From positions 32,001 to 96,000 of IMG/VR virus record IMGVR_UViG_3300036984_000039: 64,000 nt of DNA; one strand, given 5' to 3'. The notes beneath the pieces are model-generated. The model was not told the origin of the DNA. It worked only from the letters and a program-made list of their open reading frames with translations, and searched no databases. This stretch comes from a virus. Its lineage: Duplodnaviria > Caudoviricetes. Position 1 is the first letter of the stretch; each line of letters begins with the position of its first letter. A program made the translations under genes and the position numbers. Shown in pieces: positions 15,718-24,864 of the stretch.

Positions 15718-17574
15718 CTATTCTTGCAGTTTGCGCCCACGACGCGCTTCCATCTCCGCGACCGCAGAGCGAACCCAGTAGAATTTGATGCCGCCTTTTT
15801 GACCCGTTACCCCATCCTCGCGCTTGTAGAGTTCCGCTTCGGTGGCGCTGAGCGAACCGCGGTTTTTCTTCCATGTGCGCCAGATCGTGAGTTTATCGAC
15901 TTCGGCACTGGGCGGTACGTCCTGCGGTACGGAGGGCGGTATACCGGCGCGGGGGGTGCCATTTCCGGGTAAAACCGGGGTCTCGGAGCGGTATACCGCC
16001 TCTTGTACCGCCTCCTGTACCGCCTCGCGCACCGGTTGCACGGTGTAGGGCGTACCTGCGAACGAGGCAATGGCAAGCCGTAGCCGATCTTCGATGTCGG
16101 GCACATCGTCAGGAAGGTACTGCACGGCGCGCTTGGCTTCGGTCGCGCTGTAGCCAAGCGAGGTCAGGCCGTCGATTACCACGGCGTCGGCCTCGATCAG
16201 CGCAGCGGGTTTCTCGTGGCCATTGCCAGAAGCCATACTCAGGCCCAGGCGTTGTTCGGCGGCGAGCAGCCCCGCGGGTGTGCGTCGCGGCAACGAGAAC
16301 ATGAATTTGTCGAAGCGACCATCACTCAGGCCGGAGTAATACGCCTGCGCCGGATACAGCGCATCGCGCCGAATCAGGCAGCGCCCGCGGATGTCCGGCA
16401 GGGACGCCGCGCCGCCATCGTCCAGAATCAGGCGGGATTCGATGGGCGTGGCCGTCTTGAACGCGATGCGCGTATCCGCAATGCCGGTGATCTGCTTCGG
16501 CAACACGTCCGCGGACGGGCGCTGCGTTGCCAGAATCTCAATGATGCCCGCCGCGCCGCCGAGCGATCCGAGGCGTTGTATCAATTTGATGAATTGCTCG
16601 CGCTTGGCGGTATCGCGGTGCGTCGTCAGTTCGGCCACCTCGTCTACAATGATAATCAGGTACGGACAATGCGCGCCGCGGCCTCGATTCCACTGATTCA
16701 GGTTCTTGACGCCCGCACCGCTGAAAGCCGTCATGCGCGCATCCATCTCGGTTTCTGCATCAGTCAACATTTGCATGGTCTCGTCCGGGCTGTAGGCGAC
16801 CGGGCCGCGCAGCAGCGCCAGGTCGGGCGGCAGCAGCGCGAAGTCCATCCGTTTCAGGTCACTCAGCGCCACCTGCGCAATGCGCCCGGTCGGGTCTTGT
16901 TGCGCCAGGGCCGCGATGATGGAGGCGATCAAGGTCGTCTTGCCGCGCCGCGGCGAGCCACCGATCAGCACGTGCCCGGCATCGCCAAGCTCCAGTGTGA
17001 TCGGCCCGTTTTCACCCATGCCCAGGAGCAGGGACGGCGTAGCCAGCCGCGGCGCGTTGAACACGTCGATACGTTCCGGGAGCGATGCGCCCGGCTCAAT
17101 CATCAGCGGCGCGTCGTATTCCGGCAATGCGGGCGGTTTGACGGCGGCGGCTGGGAGACGTGTTACGACGCCATGCACCAGGGCGTGATTGCGCATGGCC
17201 TGGGCGTCCAGGTGTGAGGCGTCCAGCACATGTCCTCCAGCGACGGCGGGCAGGGAACCATCTTTCGGGTAGACGTTCCAGATGCCCACCAGAAGCCAGT
17301 GTAGGCCCCAGGCGACGAATTTGAGCGCCACGCCGATGCAGAAGCCAAGGCCCGCCACGCCGAGGCCCACGGCGACCGCGCCGGCTGCGACCAGGGCGAC
17401 CTGCTTGACGGTGAGCCAGAACGGGGCAAGCTCGCGTTGCTGCGCCATGCCGAGCGCGGCCGCTTGCTGGCGTGCGATGACGGCGCTCGGATCGGACCAG
17501 GCGAGGCCGAGCGTGGCGAGTAGGAATAGCAAAACCGCGCCCGTTAGGAGCACGGCAAAAGCACGTCCAGACAT
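15718..17574 (-). CDS. FtsK/SpoIIIE-family membrane-anchored ATPase with RuvA C-terminal-like domain
   Basis: N-terminal TM helices, Walker A GSPRRGKT, Walker B IIVDE, ATQRPS, GRC arginine finger. Confidence 0.9.
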   Translation of the reverse strand: MSGRAFAVLLTGAVLLFLLATLGLAWSDPSAVIARQQAAALGMAQQRELAPFWLTVKQVALVAAGAVAVGLGVAGLGFCIGVALKFVAWGLHWLLVGIWNVYPKDGSLPAVAGGHVLDASHLDAQAMRNHALVHGVVTRLPAAAVKPPALPEYDAPLMIEPGASLPERIDVFNAPRLATPSLLLGMGENGPITLELGDAGHVLIGGSPRRGKTTLIASIIAALAQQDPTGRIAQVALSDLKRMDFALLPPDLALLRGPVAYSPDETMQMLTDAETEMDARMTAFSGAGVKNLNQWNRGRGAHCPYLIIIVDEVAELTTHRDTAKREQFIKLIQRLGSLGGAAGIIEILATQRPSADVLPKQITGIADTRIAFKTATPIESRLILDDGGAASLPDIRGRCLIRRDALYPAQAYYSGLSDGRFDKFMFSLPRRTPAGLLAAEQRLGLSMASGNGHEKPAALIEADAVVIDGLTSLGYSATEAKRAVQYLPDDVPDIEDRLRLAIASFAGTPYTVQPVREAVQEAVQEAVYRSETPVLPGNGTPRAGIPPSVPQDVPPSAEVDKLTIWRTWKKNRGSLSATEAELYKREDGVTGQKGGIKFYWVRSAVAEMEARRGRKLQE

Positions 17575-17615
17575 CAGTTTCCTGCGCCGTCAGGCGGCGT
17601 CATGGCTGACCTCAG

Positions 17616-17960
17616 CTATGGGGCATCGTTGAATAGTGCTTCCAAATCGAGCAGGCGGTTGACTACCTCGTCAAATGACAAGTCGTGGGCAAGCGCCTTG
17701 CTCGCGGCCAGTCGTGCATGGGTCGCCGGTTGCAAATGTACGGATACGCGTGCATCCCGCTCGGTCGGCAGGGCCAGGGCCTCGCGCAAGCGTGCCTCCG
17801 CTTTTACGGATACGTGATCGGCTTTGTTGCGCATCACGTCTGACAGTAGTCCCGCGGCGGACGGCTTGAGCTTCAGCCGCTCGGCCATCTGTACCAGCGT
17901 CAGGTGCGGCGTCTCGGAGCACTGCAAGGCCATGACCGCGGCCCGCGTCGAGCGTTTCAT
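17616..17960 (-). CDS. Putative DNA-binding regulator (HTH plus RHH-like)
   Basis: LTLVQMAERLKL helix-turn-helix-like segment; VSVHL..LSFDEVVNRLL. Confidence 0.55.
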   Translation of the reverse strand: MKRSTRAAVMALQCSETPHLTLVQMAERLKLKPSAAGLLSDVMRNKADHVSVKAEARLREALALPTERDARVSVHLQPATHARLAASKALAHDLSFDEVVNRLLDLEALFNDAP

Positions 17961-17961
17961 G

Positions 17962-18543
17962 TTACGCGTTCATCCGCACGAAAAAGGCTGGTGCAAGGTG
18001 CTGGTGCTCAAACTTGTCGGCGCGCCTCTTGCCGTGCGCCCAGGAGTTCGACGGAACGTCCTCGGCTTTGACATAACACACGCGCGGATCCGCGCGGGAC
18101 ACGAAGTCCGGGCCGCAGTATGGGCCGCCGTGCTCCTGCATCCAGGGGCAATCCAGATTACAGCAGCACATATCACCTTCATGCCCGACGACAGTCGGCA
18201 GACCACCACGAATCACCCACGGCGCACCACAGCGCGGACAGACCGCGCCGACTACGCCATCGGCGGAGGGCACGTCGATCTGGCCGAGCGCCTTGAGCGC
18301 GATGCCGATGCCACGGGCCAGGTTCTCGCGCCGGGCGTAGCGCCCCGACTTCGGCAGCCGAAACAGCGGGATCGCCTTGCGCGGCACGAACAGCACGCGC
18401 CCGCCGCTCATCTTGATGCCGGGAAGAAAGCCGTTGGTGATCCACGCGCCCAACGTCGGGCGCTTGACTTGCTTGCCAAGATGCGCCGACAGCAGGGTGA
18501 TTGCCGTCTCCGTATCCACAAAATCTACTGGATTGATTTGCAT
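17962..18543 (-). CDS. Excisionase/MerR-like HTH protein with Cys-rich C-terminus
   Basis: TLGAWITNGFLPGIKMSGGRVLFV; CPRC..CCCNLDC; RBS AGGAGG. Confidence 0.6.
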   Translation of the reverse strand: MQINPVDFVDTETAITLLSAHLGKQVKRPTLGAWITNGFLPGIKMSGGRVLFVPRKAIPLFRLPKSGRYARRENLARGIGIALKALGQIDVPSADGVVGAVCPRCGAPWVIRGGLPTVVGHEGDMCCCNLDCPWMQEHGGPYCGPDFVSRADPRVCYVKAEDVPSNSWAHGKRRADKFEHQHLAPAFFVRMNA

Positions 18544-18558
18544 TTACCCTCCTAAAAA

Positions 18559-18619
18559 TATATCGCAAAGTGAACGATCCACTTTGCGATATAGTATCAC
18601 GTTATCACAGGCGTGTCAA
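18559..18619 (-). promoter_or_regulatory. Promoter overlapped by a 14-bp perfect inverted repeat (operator candidate)
   Basis: TTGACA-N17-TACTAT; TATATCGCAAAGTG-N7-CACTTTGCGATATA at 18559-18593. Confidence 0.7.
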
Positions 18620-18635
18620 TAGCGAGTTTGCAACA

Positions 18636-18836
18636 TTATTTTTCTTTCGTCAGCACCCCACCACGCGCGGCCTCGTTGCGCGACCACCATTCATAGTGGC
18701 AAAATTTGCAGCGCACCAGGACGGCTTTTTCTGTGCGACGCACCTCGCGCAGATCAAAGCCGAGGCGGTATTTGCGATTGCACCTACAACGCGGGCAGCG
18801 GGGTACGGGATACTGCGTGTACAGGCTCATGTCATT
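18636..18836 (-). CDS. Small zinc-ribbon protein
   Basis: CPRC..CKFC; RBS GGAG. Confidence 0.5.
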   Translation of the reverse strand, partial: NDMSLYTQYPVPRCPRCRCNRKYRLGFDLREVRRTEKAVLVRCKFCHYEWWSRNEAARGGVLTKEK

Positions 18837-19155
18837 CTCCCGCCGAGTGCCGCGGGTCATCAGACCAATGGCGGTCGGGTTGCGAAGGTTCCTGCAATTT
18901 CCATAGCCGCGCGACTTCCGCCAACAGCGCGGGTACGTCCTCGCGGGCACGGGCCATGAATTCGCCATCATTGACTGCCTGTGCGAAATCTGCCAGATCA
19001 GTGCCGTAAACCTGCTTGCCCCAATCCGGCCCGTTGATCCATGCAAAACGTGGTTGATGAGCGCCGTTATTCCCTTCCTTCCACGGTGCAGGCGTGGCAG
19101 CCGCAGCGCGGGCGGCGATATCGTCAAATTCCTGTTGCGTCATTGGTTTGTTCAT
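18832..19155 (-). CDS. Ead/Ea22-like phage protein
   Basis: ARAAAATPAPW..DGEFMARAREDVPALLAEVARL motif. Confidence 0.6.
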   Translation of the reverse strand: MNKPMTQQEFDDIAARAAAATPAPWKEGNNGAHQPRFAWINGPDWGKQVYGTDLADFAQAVNDGEFMARAREDVPALLAEVARLWKLQEPSQPDRHWSDDPRHSAGE

Positions 19156-19168
19156 TATCATTCCTCTC

Positions 19169-19507
19169 TTAGTCTACCGGCTGCCCGCTCAGGACGCAGC
19201 AGTCGCCTTCCGCCTTCTCAATAGCGTCCTCAACCACTGAGCGCCAGTCGCCCGATCCAGGATCAAGCGCGAATTTCAGCGCCGCCAGCATATCCGGCAC
19301 GGCCTCCGGGTTGATGCCCTCGCAGGCATTCGCCACAGCCACGATGCGCGCCGCCGTGGCCCGTTGGCGGCCTTTGGCATCGCCACGCTGAGAAGTCGCT
19401 TGAATGATAATCTCATGCGGCCCGTTCGGGTTGCCACGGGCGATGGTCGATGTTCCTGGAATGAGGAACCACGGCGTAGGCCAGGGTTCATGCGATGCGT
19501 TGCTCAC
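19169..19507 (-). CDS. Hypothetical phage protein
   Basis: PTPW..TAARIVAVANACEGI..PDMLAALK motif. Confidence 0.65.
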   Translation of the reverse strand: MSNASHEPWPTPWFLIPGTSTIARGNPNGPHEIIIQATSQRGDAKGRQRATAARIVAVANACEGINPEAVPDMLAALKFALDPGSGDWRSVVEDAIEKAEGDCCVLSGQPVD

Positions 19508-19989
19508 GGTATGTCTCCTAGCGGAAAATTCAGTCTAGCATACTCACCGAATCGTTCCTTTGCGGCTGCGTCATAGACTCTCGCGGCTTGTACTTCGTCG
19601 TCGAATACACCTAAGTATTTATGCTCTATCCATGCCGTCCATTTGCGTCTTTGACGGTGCCGCGTGACGCCCTTGAAGCGCGACGATCTGTTGTTGCTCT
19701 GACGCCCCTTGTTGCGTAGATTCTGCTGGCGCGTACAGACGCGCAAGTTACCACGTTGGTTATTTAATCCGTCACGGTCAACGTGATCCACCTCCGGGTA
19801 ATTGCCATTCTCCCCGCGCGGATTGCGAACTTCTGGTAACCCCATAATCTGGCGATGCATGTAGATACCATTCCCACGCGCTGCATATCTATCGCCTGCA
19901 GCGCAATGCCATCTCCATTGGCACAGCCAGTCATAATCTGCGTCATCTACCAAGGCAGTTTTGCCTTTTGTCAGCGGGATTTCCTTCAT
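19504..19989 (-). CDS. HNH-AP2 homing endonuclease
   Basis: IPLTKGKTALVDDAD, VDHVDRDGLNNQRGNLR, and AP2 domain SRFKGV..YLGVF..AARVYD..FGEYARLNF. Confidence 0.92.
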   Translation of the reverse strand: MKEIPLTKGKTALVDDADYDWLCQWRWHCAAGDRYAARGNGIYMHRQIMGLPEVRNPRGENGNYPEVDHVDRDGLNNQRGNLRVCTRQQNLRNKGRQSNNRSSRFKGVTRHRQRRKWTAWIEHKYLGVFDDEVQAARVYDAAAKERFGEYARLNFPLGDIP

Positions 19990-19992
19990 GGT

Positions 19993-21540
19993 TTACTCCA
20001 CGATCCCGCGAAAGCGCGGATGCCACAACTTGTTGAATTCCGTTATGCCTTGACTACAAACTTCAATCAAGTACGGTTTACCTTCGGCGTTGGCTTTTGC
20101 AAGCCCATCCAAGAGGTCTCGCTGTTCTGATTGAGTAAACCCGGTTCCTACACTGCCGAGACCCGCACCAGTGACAGGATCAGCAATCTGGATTGCCGCG
20201 AATAAACGCACAAGTTTGGTTGCTCCGGTATCTGAAAACCCCGTTACGCGTACCGTAACAACTAAGAGATGTTTCGTGCGGACGATAGGTTCCATGTGAC
20301 CGGCTCGCCCATTGGCGAGCTTGCCGCCTGTGTACGGAGCGTCCAGAAGCCGCCAAACTTCGCCTTCGCGACCCTCGGTGTGCTGCGCCTCAGCCAAGGT
20401 GTATTTCTCAGGCGCGCTATAGGCCGGCTCCAAGAACTCGAAGTATGCCGCGCCACCGTAATCGGCCAGCTTGAGCACGACCATGCGCCCATACTCAAAA
20501 CGCTTTGCCATGCGGCCTTCGGTCAAATCGCGACCGCCGTAGTACAACGCCTCGAAGATCGCGATCTTGGGCGGTGTCAGCGCGGTGGGTTGACCGAGCG
20601 TCGCGTTGGCCTGCGCGGCCTGGGCACCGGTGCGATGTTCGCCACCCGCCACGTCCGGCCACCATAACTCAGCGTCCAGGATGAACGGGCCACAGCTTAC
20701 GGCCGTAGCGGTCAGCAGCCGCGTAACGGCGGGCGACGGTTCGGCCCATAGCGCCAGAGAGCGGCTTTGATAGGCTACGGCTCGCGACGTAGCGAAGATC
20801 ACCATTCTCTTGCCGTCCCGCTTAGGCTGCCCACAGTAGGCCGGATTGCCTATGTACCACGCCCGGTTATGGGCGGCGTCCACCGGCTGCATGGTCACCA
20901 ACGTGCCCGGCCGCAGGTGCGCCGGGAAGTCCGTCCAGTCCTGGGTGCTCGCCACTTGGCCCGGCAGATCACGCACGGTCAGTTTCGGCGCGGTGACCGT
21001 AGCGGGCACTACGGGCGCGCCCTCAGCTTTTGGGTAGCACGCCTCATGTGCATAAGTGAACTTGCCGTCGACCTTACCGTAGACGATTACGGTATCGGTA
21101 TCGAAGTCTTCTGGTCTAAATTCACCCTGGCACACCTGACATACTTGACCACTCAGCATCATTGTTCCGACAAGCGCCGTGTACGGGGATTCATCCGTCT
21201 GTGGGCCAGGCGTCTCAGCCGCCGCGCGGTCGGCGTTTGGAATCACGTTCTCGCCAGTCTGCATGATATAGGCCGTCTCCCAAAAGTAGTCGGCCATCTC
21301 TGCCGCACCTTGCCCGGTGTCGAAAACGTGAAACTCGCACGTGCGCGCCAGGGCGATCAACTTGGCAACGCCGATGCCCTTGCCGTAGCGACTCAGGTAG
21401 GCTGCGCCACCGCAGCGTCCCTGCCGCACAAGACCCTGGGCCACGATGCGCGATTGCCAGCGTTCGGCAATGTCGCTCGGCACCTTGAACGGTTGGCCGC
21501 TACCCTGCGCGGCCTTGAATTCCGAGAATGTTTGAGACAT
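19993..21540 (-). CDS. ATP-dependent DNA ligase-like protein with N-terminal extension
   Basis: Motif I QPKRDGKR, III LDAEL, IIIa IFEALY, IV EGEVWR, V RTK, OB-fold GSVGTGF, VI HPRFRG. Confidence 0.85.
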   Translation of the reverse strand: MSQTFSEFKAAQGSGQPFKVPSDIAERWQSRIVAQGLVRQGRCGGAAYLSRYGKGIGVAKLIALARTCEFHVFDTGQGAAEMADYFWETAYIMQTGENVIPNADRAAAETPGPQTDESPYTALVGTMMLSGQVCQVCQGEFRPEDFDTDTVIVYGKVDGKFTYAHEACYPKAEGAPVVPATVTAPKLTVRDLPGQVASTQDWTDFPAHLRPGTLVTMQPVDAAHNRAWYIGNPAYCGQPKRDGKRMVIFATSRAVAYQSRSLALWAEPSPAVTRLLTATAVSCGPFILDAELWWPDVAGGEHRTGAQAAQANATLGQPTALTPPKIAIFEALYYGGRDLTEGRMAKRFEYGRMVVLKLADYGGAAYFEFLEPAYSAPEKYTLAEAQHTEGREGEVWRLLDAPYTGGKLANGRAGHMEPIVRTKHLLVVTVRVTGFSDTGATKLVRLFAAIQIADPVTGAGLGSVGTGFTQSEQRDLLDGLAKANAEGKPYLIEVCSQGITEFNKLWHPRFRGIVE

Positions 21541-21554
21541 GGAATTGTCCTCCC

Positions 21555-22043
21555 TTAGCGGTAGATCACCGCCGATGGCGCGGTGTACTGCGGCGTGCCG
21601 ACCAGTCCGTAGACTTGCGCCCAACGGGTAACACCGTGCCAGTCCGACATCTTGACGGTATCGACCACGGCATCGGCCAGGGCGTCCAGCCGTTTTTCGA
21701 GCAGCCGACGCTCGTCACTATAGCGTCCCGGCAAGTCACAGAAGGCCATGACCGGCATACACTGGTGTTGCGCGATGGGCGAGATCATGAAGGCCACGAA
21801 TCGCCAAACGTAAGCCGTCATACCCGCCTGTCGCCCGGCGTCATCGGCATAGTCGTAGTCGCCGTCACCGGGGAAGCGCGCCACGGCGGGATCAGCCTTG
21901 TAGAACTTCTTGCGCGACAGCGTCGGCTTGGATGCGCGCAAGCAGCCGGTACGGGTGTTGACAATCCCGGCGACCAGGACGTAGTCTTCGGCGCTCAGAT
22001 GAGCCTGCAACTTCTCCAGATCGATCTTCGGCATGTCAGGCAT
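21555..22043 (-). CDS. Conserved phage hypothetical protein
   Basis: LRASKP..AYVWRFVAFMISP..HQCMPVMA motif; RBS AAGGAG. Confidence 0.7.
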   Translation of the reverse strand: MPDMPKIDLEKLQAHLSAEDYVLVAGIVNTRTGCLRASKPTLSRKKFYKADPAVARFPGDGDYDYADDAGRQAGMTAYVWRFVAFMISPIAQHQCMPVMAFCDLPGRYSDERRLLEKRLDALADAVVDTVKMSDWHGVTRWAQVYGLVGTPQYTAPSAVIYR

Positions 22044-22220
22044 TAGATGTCTCCTTTTTAACGTCTGCGCTTTTGGTAACATCTTCGCTCAAAGCAGCGA
22101 GACGTTTCGCCTCAGCGGCACGCATCGCACGGGCGACGTGCGCTTTGCGTAATCGTTTTGACATCGGAACTAATTTCTTGGACATCGGGAACCTCCTGGG
22201 TGATCTCTACCTACACGCCA

Positions 22221-22249
22221 ATCATAGCACAAGTCCGCCTGTTTGTCAA
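22221..22249 (-). promoter_or_regulatory. Sigma70-type promoter (early family, copy 4)
   Basis: TTGACA-N17-TATGAT. Confidence 0.85.
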
Positions 22250-22264
22250 GTGGGCAATATGATA

Positions 22265-22750
22265 TTACTTCATCGGCACTTGCACCATGCCGACGAAAAG
22301 CGCGCCGCGATATAGCAGGAGTGGATGTCGCCTATTGCCGCGCTTCAGGGTGTCGGCTTTGGTCAGATGCACCGCATAGGCCAGCTTCGCCGCGGGCACG
22401 GTGAATTCCTTCTCAAGAAAGTAATCGGGCACCGCGTAACGCAGGAATGCTAACTCACTGGCGCAGCCCAAGAATTCGACTTCCGTCAAACCTTTCGGGT
22501 CAGCCAATTCTCCGGCGACGAGCTTGTCCAGACGTTCGGCCTCTGGATCATTCATTGCCATTTTGGGCTTGGGCCACTTGGCGTGATTTTCCAGATAGAC
22601 CCGGTCACGCTTCGTAATGCGGTCGGCCAGTACCAGCACCGCGCCGTCACAGGCCCACTTGTCGCCAAGATGCACGGTGCGCCCCCAGCCGTCCTTGACG
22701 GACGGCATTGGCAACGGGGTGAGATGTTCGAGATTCGTGGCGATTATCAT
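22265..22750 (-). CDS. Hypothetical protein
   Basis: RBS GGAGGTG; ATGA coupling. Confidence 0.6.
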   Translation of the reverse strand: MIIATNLEHLTPLPMPSVKDGWGRTVHLGDKWACDGAVLVLADRITKRDRVYLENHAKWPKPKMAMNDPEAERLDKLVAGELADPKGLTEVEFLGCASELAFLRYAVPDYFLEKEFTVPAAKLAYAVHLTKADTLKRGNRRHPLLLYRGALFVGMVQVPMK

Positions 22751-24348
22751 TGTAGCACCTCCGCGGCTTCCGGGAAGACCATGCCCACATACCAGGGCGT
22801 GCGCCCGCGCAGGATCGGTTCTTCCGTCTCCCAAACACGCGAGCGCCATTCGTAGACTTGTTCGTGCAGATCATCCAGCGAGGCCGCCGCGAAGCGCATG
22901 GTCGCGCTGGTCGGGTGGTCACTGGTGTCGCGATAGCGGTGCAGATTGATCGGGACGCTGTAGCGGATCATGACTCCTGCTCCAGAATGGCGTAACCACT
23001 CACGATCTGTTTCAACGTGAACCCTTCAGCGATAGCCTCGCGAACTTTGATAACTGCGGCCTTCTCTGCGTCATCTGGTTCGGACAGTCCTGTGGGCATT
23101 CCCGATGTTGCCCGATAAAATACCACGGCAGTAAACGTCAGATACACGTATTTTCGCGGGCGCAACTGCTCAGACAGCCACGATGAAAATAGCCGGTCGG
23201 TTTTGTCATACATCTCTCATTCCTCGATTTGAAACACGGTGCACGCCTGGCCGAACCCTTGCCAGTTGCCCAGGCCGCGCGTATTGCCGTAGCCGTACTG
23301 CCCGATGCACTCGGCCTTCGCCGGTGCGATCTTGCGCCACAACTTCCAAGACTTGACGCCCGCCTGCGCGCCGCTGCCCGTGAAGACGCCATCGCAGAAG
23401 ACGGCCTCGACGGGCACATCGCGGAACAACTTCGCCGTCCCTACGGGCGGGGTCTTACTGTTGCTTGCCATCTCACGCCTCTTTCTTTGGCTCGACATAG
23501 CGTCGTGCGGCGACCAGGGCCGCGCGCAACTCGTCACCGCCGACTCCGGCCTCGACAAGCAATTCAGCCACGGCCTGCACCAGCGGCGCGGGAAGCAAGG
23601 CCCAGTCTATGTGACTGACGCGGGAGGCTAGGCCGCGCTTTACGGCGCGCTGCTGCGCCTCAGCGAACACGACCTGCGCCTCAGCGTCAAAGACGTAGGC
23701 ATACTGACCATCATAGGTGTCAGAGCCAACCTTGCGCCCGTTCTTTTTCCAGTAGCGCACCTCAAACTTGTCGTATTGCACAACGATCTGCGTTGGCGTG
23801 ACGCGCGCAACTTCTTTCACTCTCCAACCGGGACTCAGGTCAAGTAGTATTTTGTCGCCCGCCTGGACTTGCCACAGTTCACTATTCAGAGCCATCGTGT
23901 TTCTCCTGGGCCTGGGCCAGCGCCTTGCACGTCTTGCACTCAATCATCGTCATGATCCACCAATTTGCACACCAGTTGAAGGTGCCTACGCCGACCCGTG
24001 CGCCGCAGATCGGCGCGCCGTCCACGGCGGCGTGCACTTTCGTGCGTAGGCCGCGCTTGGTCACATAATATCCAGTCTGTTTCATGCGATCCTTCCTTCG
24101 TCATGGTTTATCCAGCGCCAGAAACTCGCGATGCGCTTGGAGCGCATGGCCGAAGCGGCCTGTCTGATAACGCGCCGGGCATTCCCGCGATGTGCTTGAC
24201 AGTGCCAAACTGTGCGCGAGAGCGGAGGCGCATCGGGATCGAGCGGCTCATTTTGTGACCAGTAAGCCGCGGGTTGTTTGCAAAATTCACAGGTATGATC
24301 TTCCCAATCTGCCCATCGGTTGCGATTCATACGGTGCGTGCGTATCAC
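22747..24348 (-). CDS. Run of six small translationally coupled hypothetical genes (22747-22971, 22968-23213, 23217-23471, 23473-23895, 23882-24085, 24082-24348)
   Basis: Consecutive ORFs with RBSs and ATGA overlaps downstream of promoter copy 5. Confidence 0.6.
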
Positions 24349-24384
24349 TGCAAGCCTCCTGCGCTAGTTTCTACCTACATTTTC

Positions 24385-24413
24385 ATTATAAGCGAAGTCG
24401 GCTTATTTGTCAA
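24385..24413 (-). promoter_or_regulatory. Sigma70-type promoter (early family, copy 5)
   Basis: TTGACA-N17-TATAAT. Confidence 0.88.
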
Positions 24414-24666
24414 GTGGCAATGTGGGCAATATCAGGGCAATATCACGAGGATTGAGGGGAAGTTTCGGGGTTGCCAGGAGAAGACGACGCGGGCGGAGAC
24501 TCCGCGCGCAGAATGGTATCTAGGTCTGCGGCACTGAGACGCACTTCCTGATGCTCGGCTTTGTCCCACAGCGCCAGGCCGCCCGGCACAACCCGCGCCA
24601 AGCGCGTGCGGGTCGGCAGGGCGACCAGCCAGTCGCCGTCGAGCACCCAACGATTGTGCGGCACGG

Positions 24667-24864
24667 TCAGGCGGCCTTGCTCTTTGGCGCGGCTTCGTCG
24701 GCCCAAAACGCCTGCCACTCGGATTTCCATTCGGCCTCGGTCGCATCGTCCTTGAAGCCGTCACCGGCGAGCGCCTTGCCGAAATTGCGCACCCATGCCT
24801 TGTAAGCGGCCAGGCTCTTGTCCTTGGGCCGACCGAGCACCAGTTGCGGTTTGCTGTCAGGCAT
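24667..24864 (-). CDS. Small hypothetical protein
   Basis: RBS GGAG; overlaps the stop of the upstream gene. Confidence 0.55.
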   Translation of the reverse strand: MPDSKPQLVLGRPKDKSLAAYKAWVRNFGKALAGDGFKDDATEAEWKSEWQAFWADEAAPKSKAA

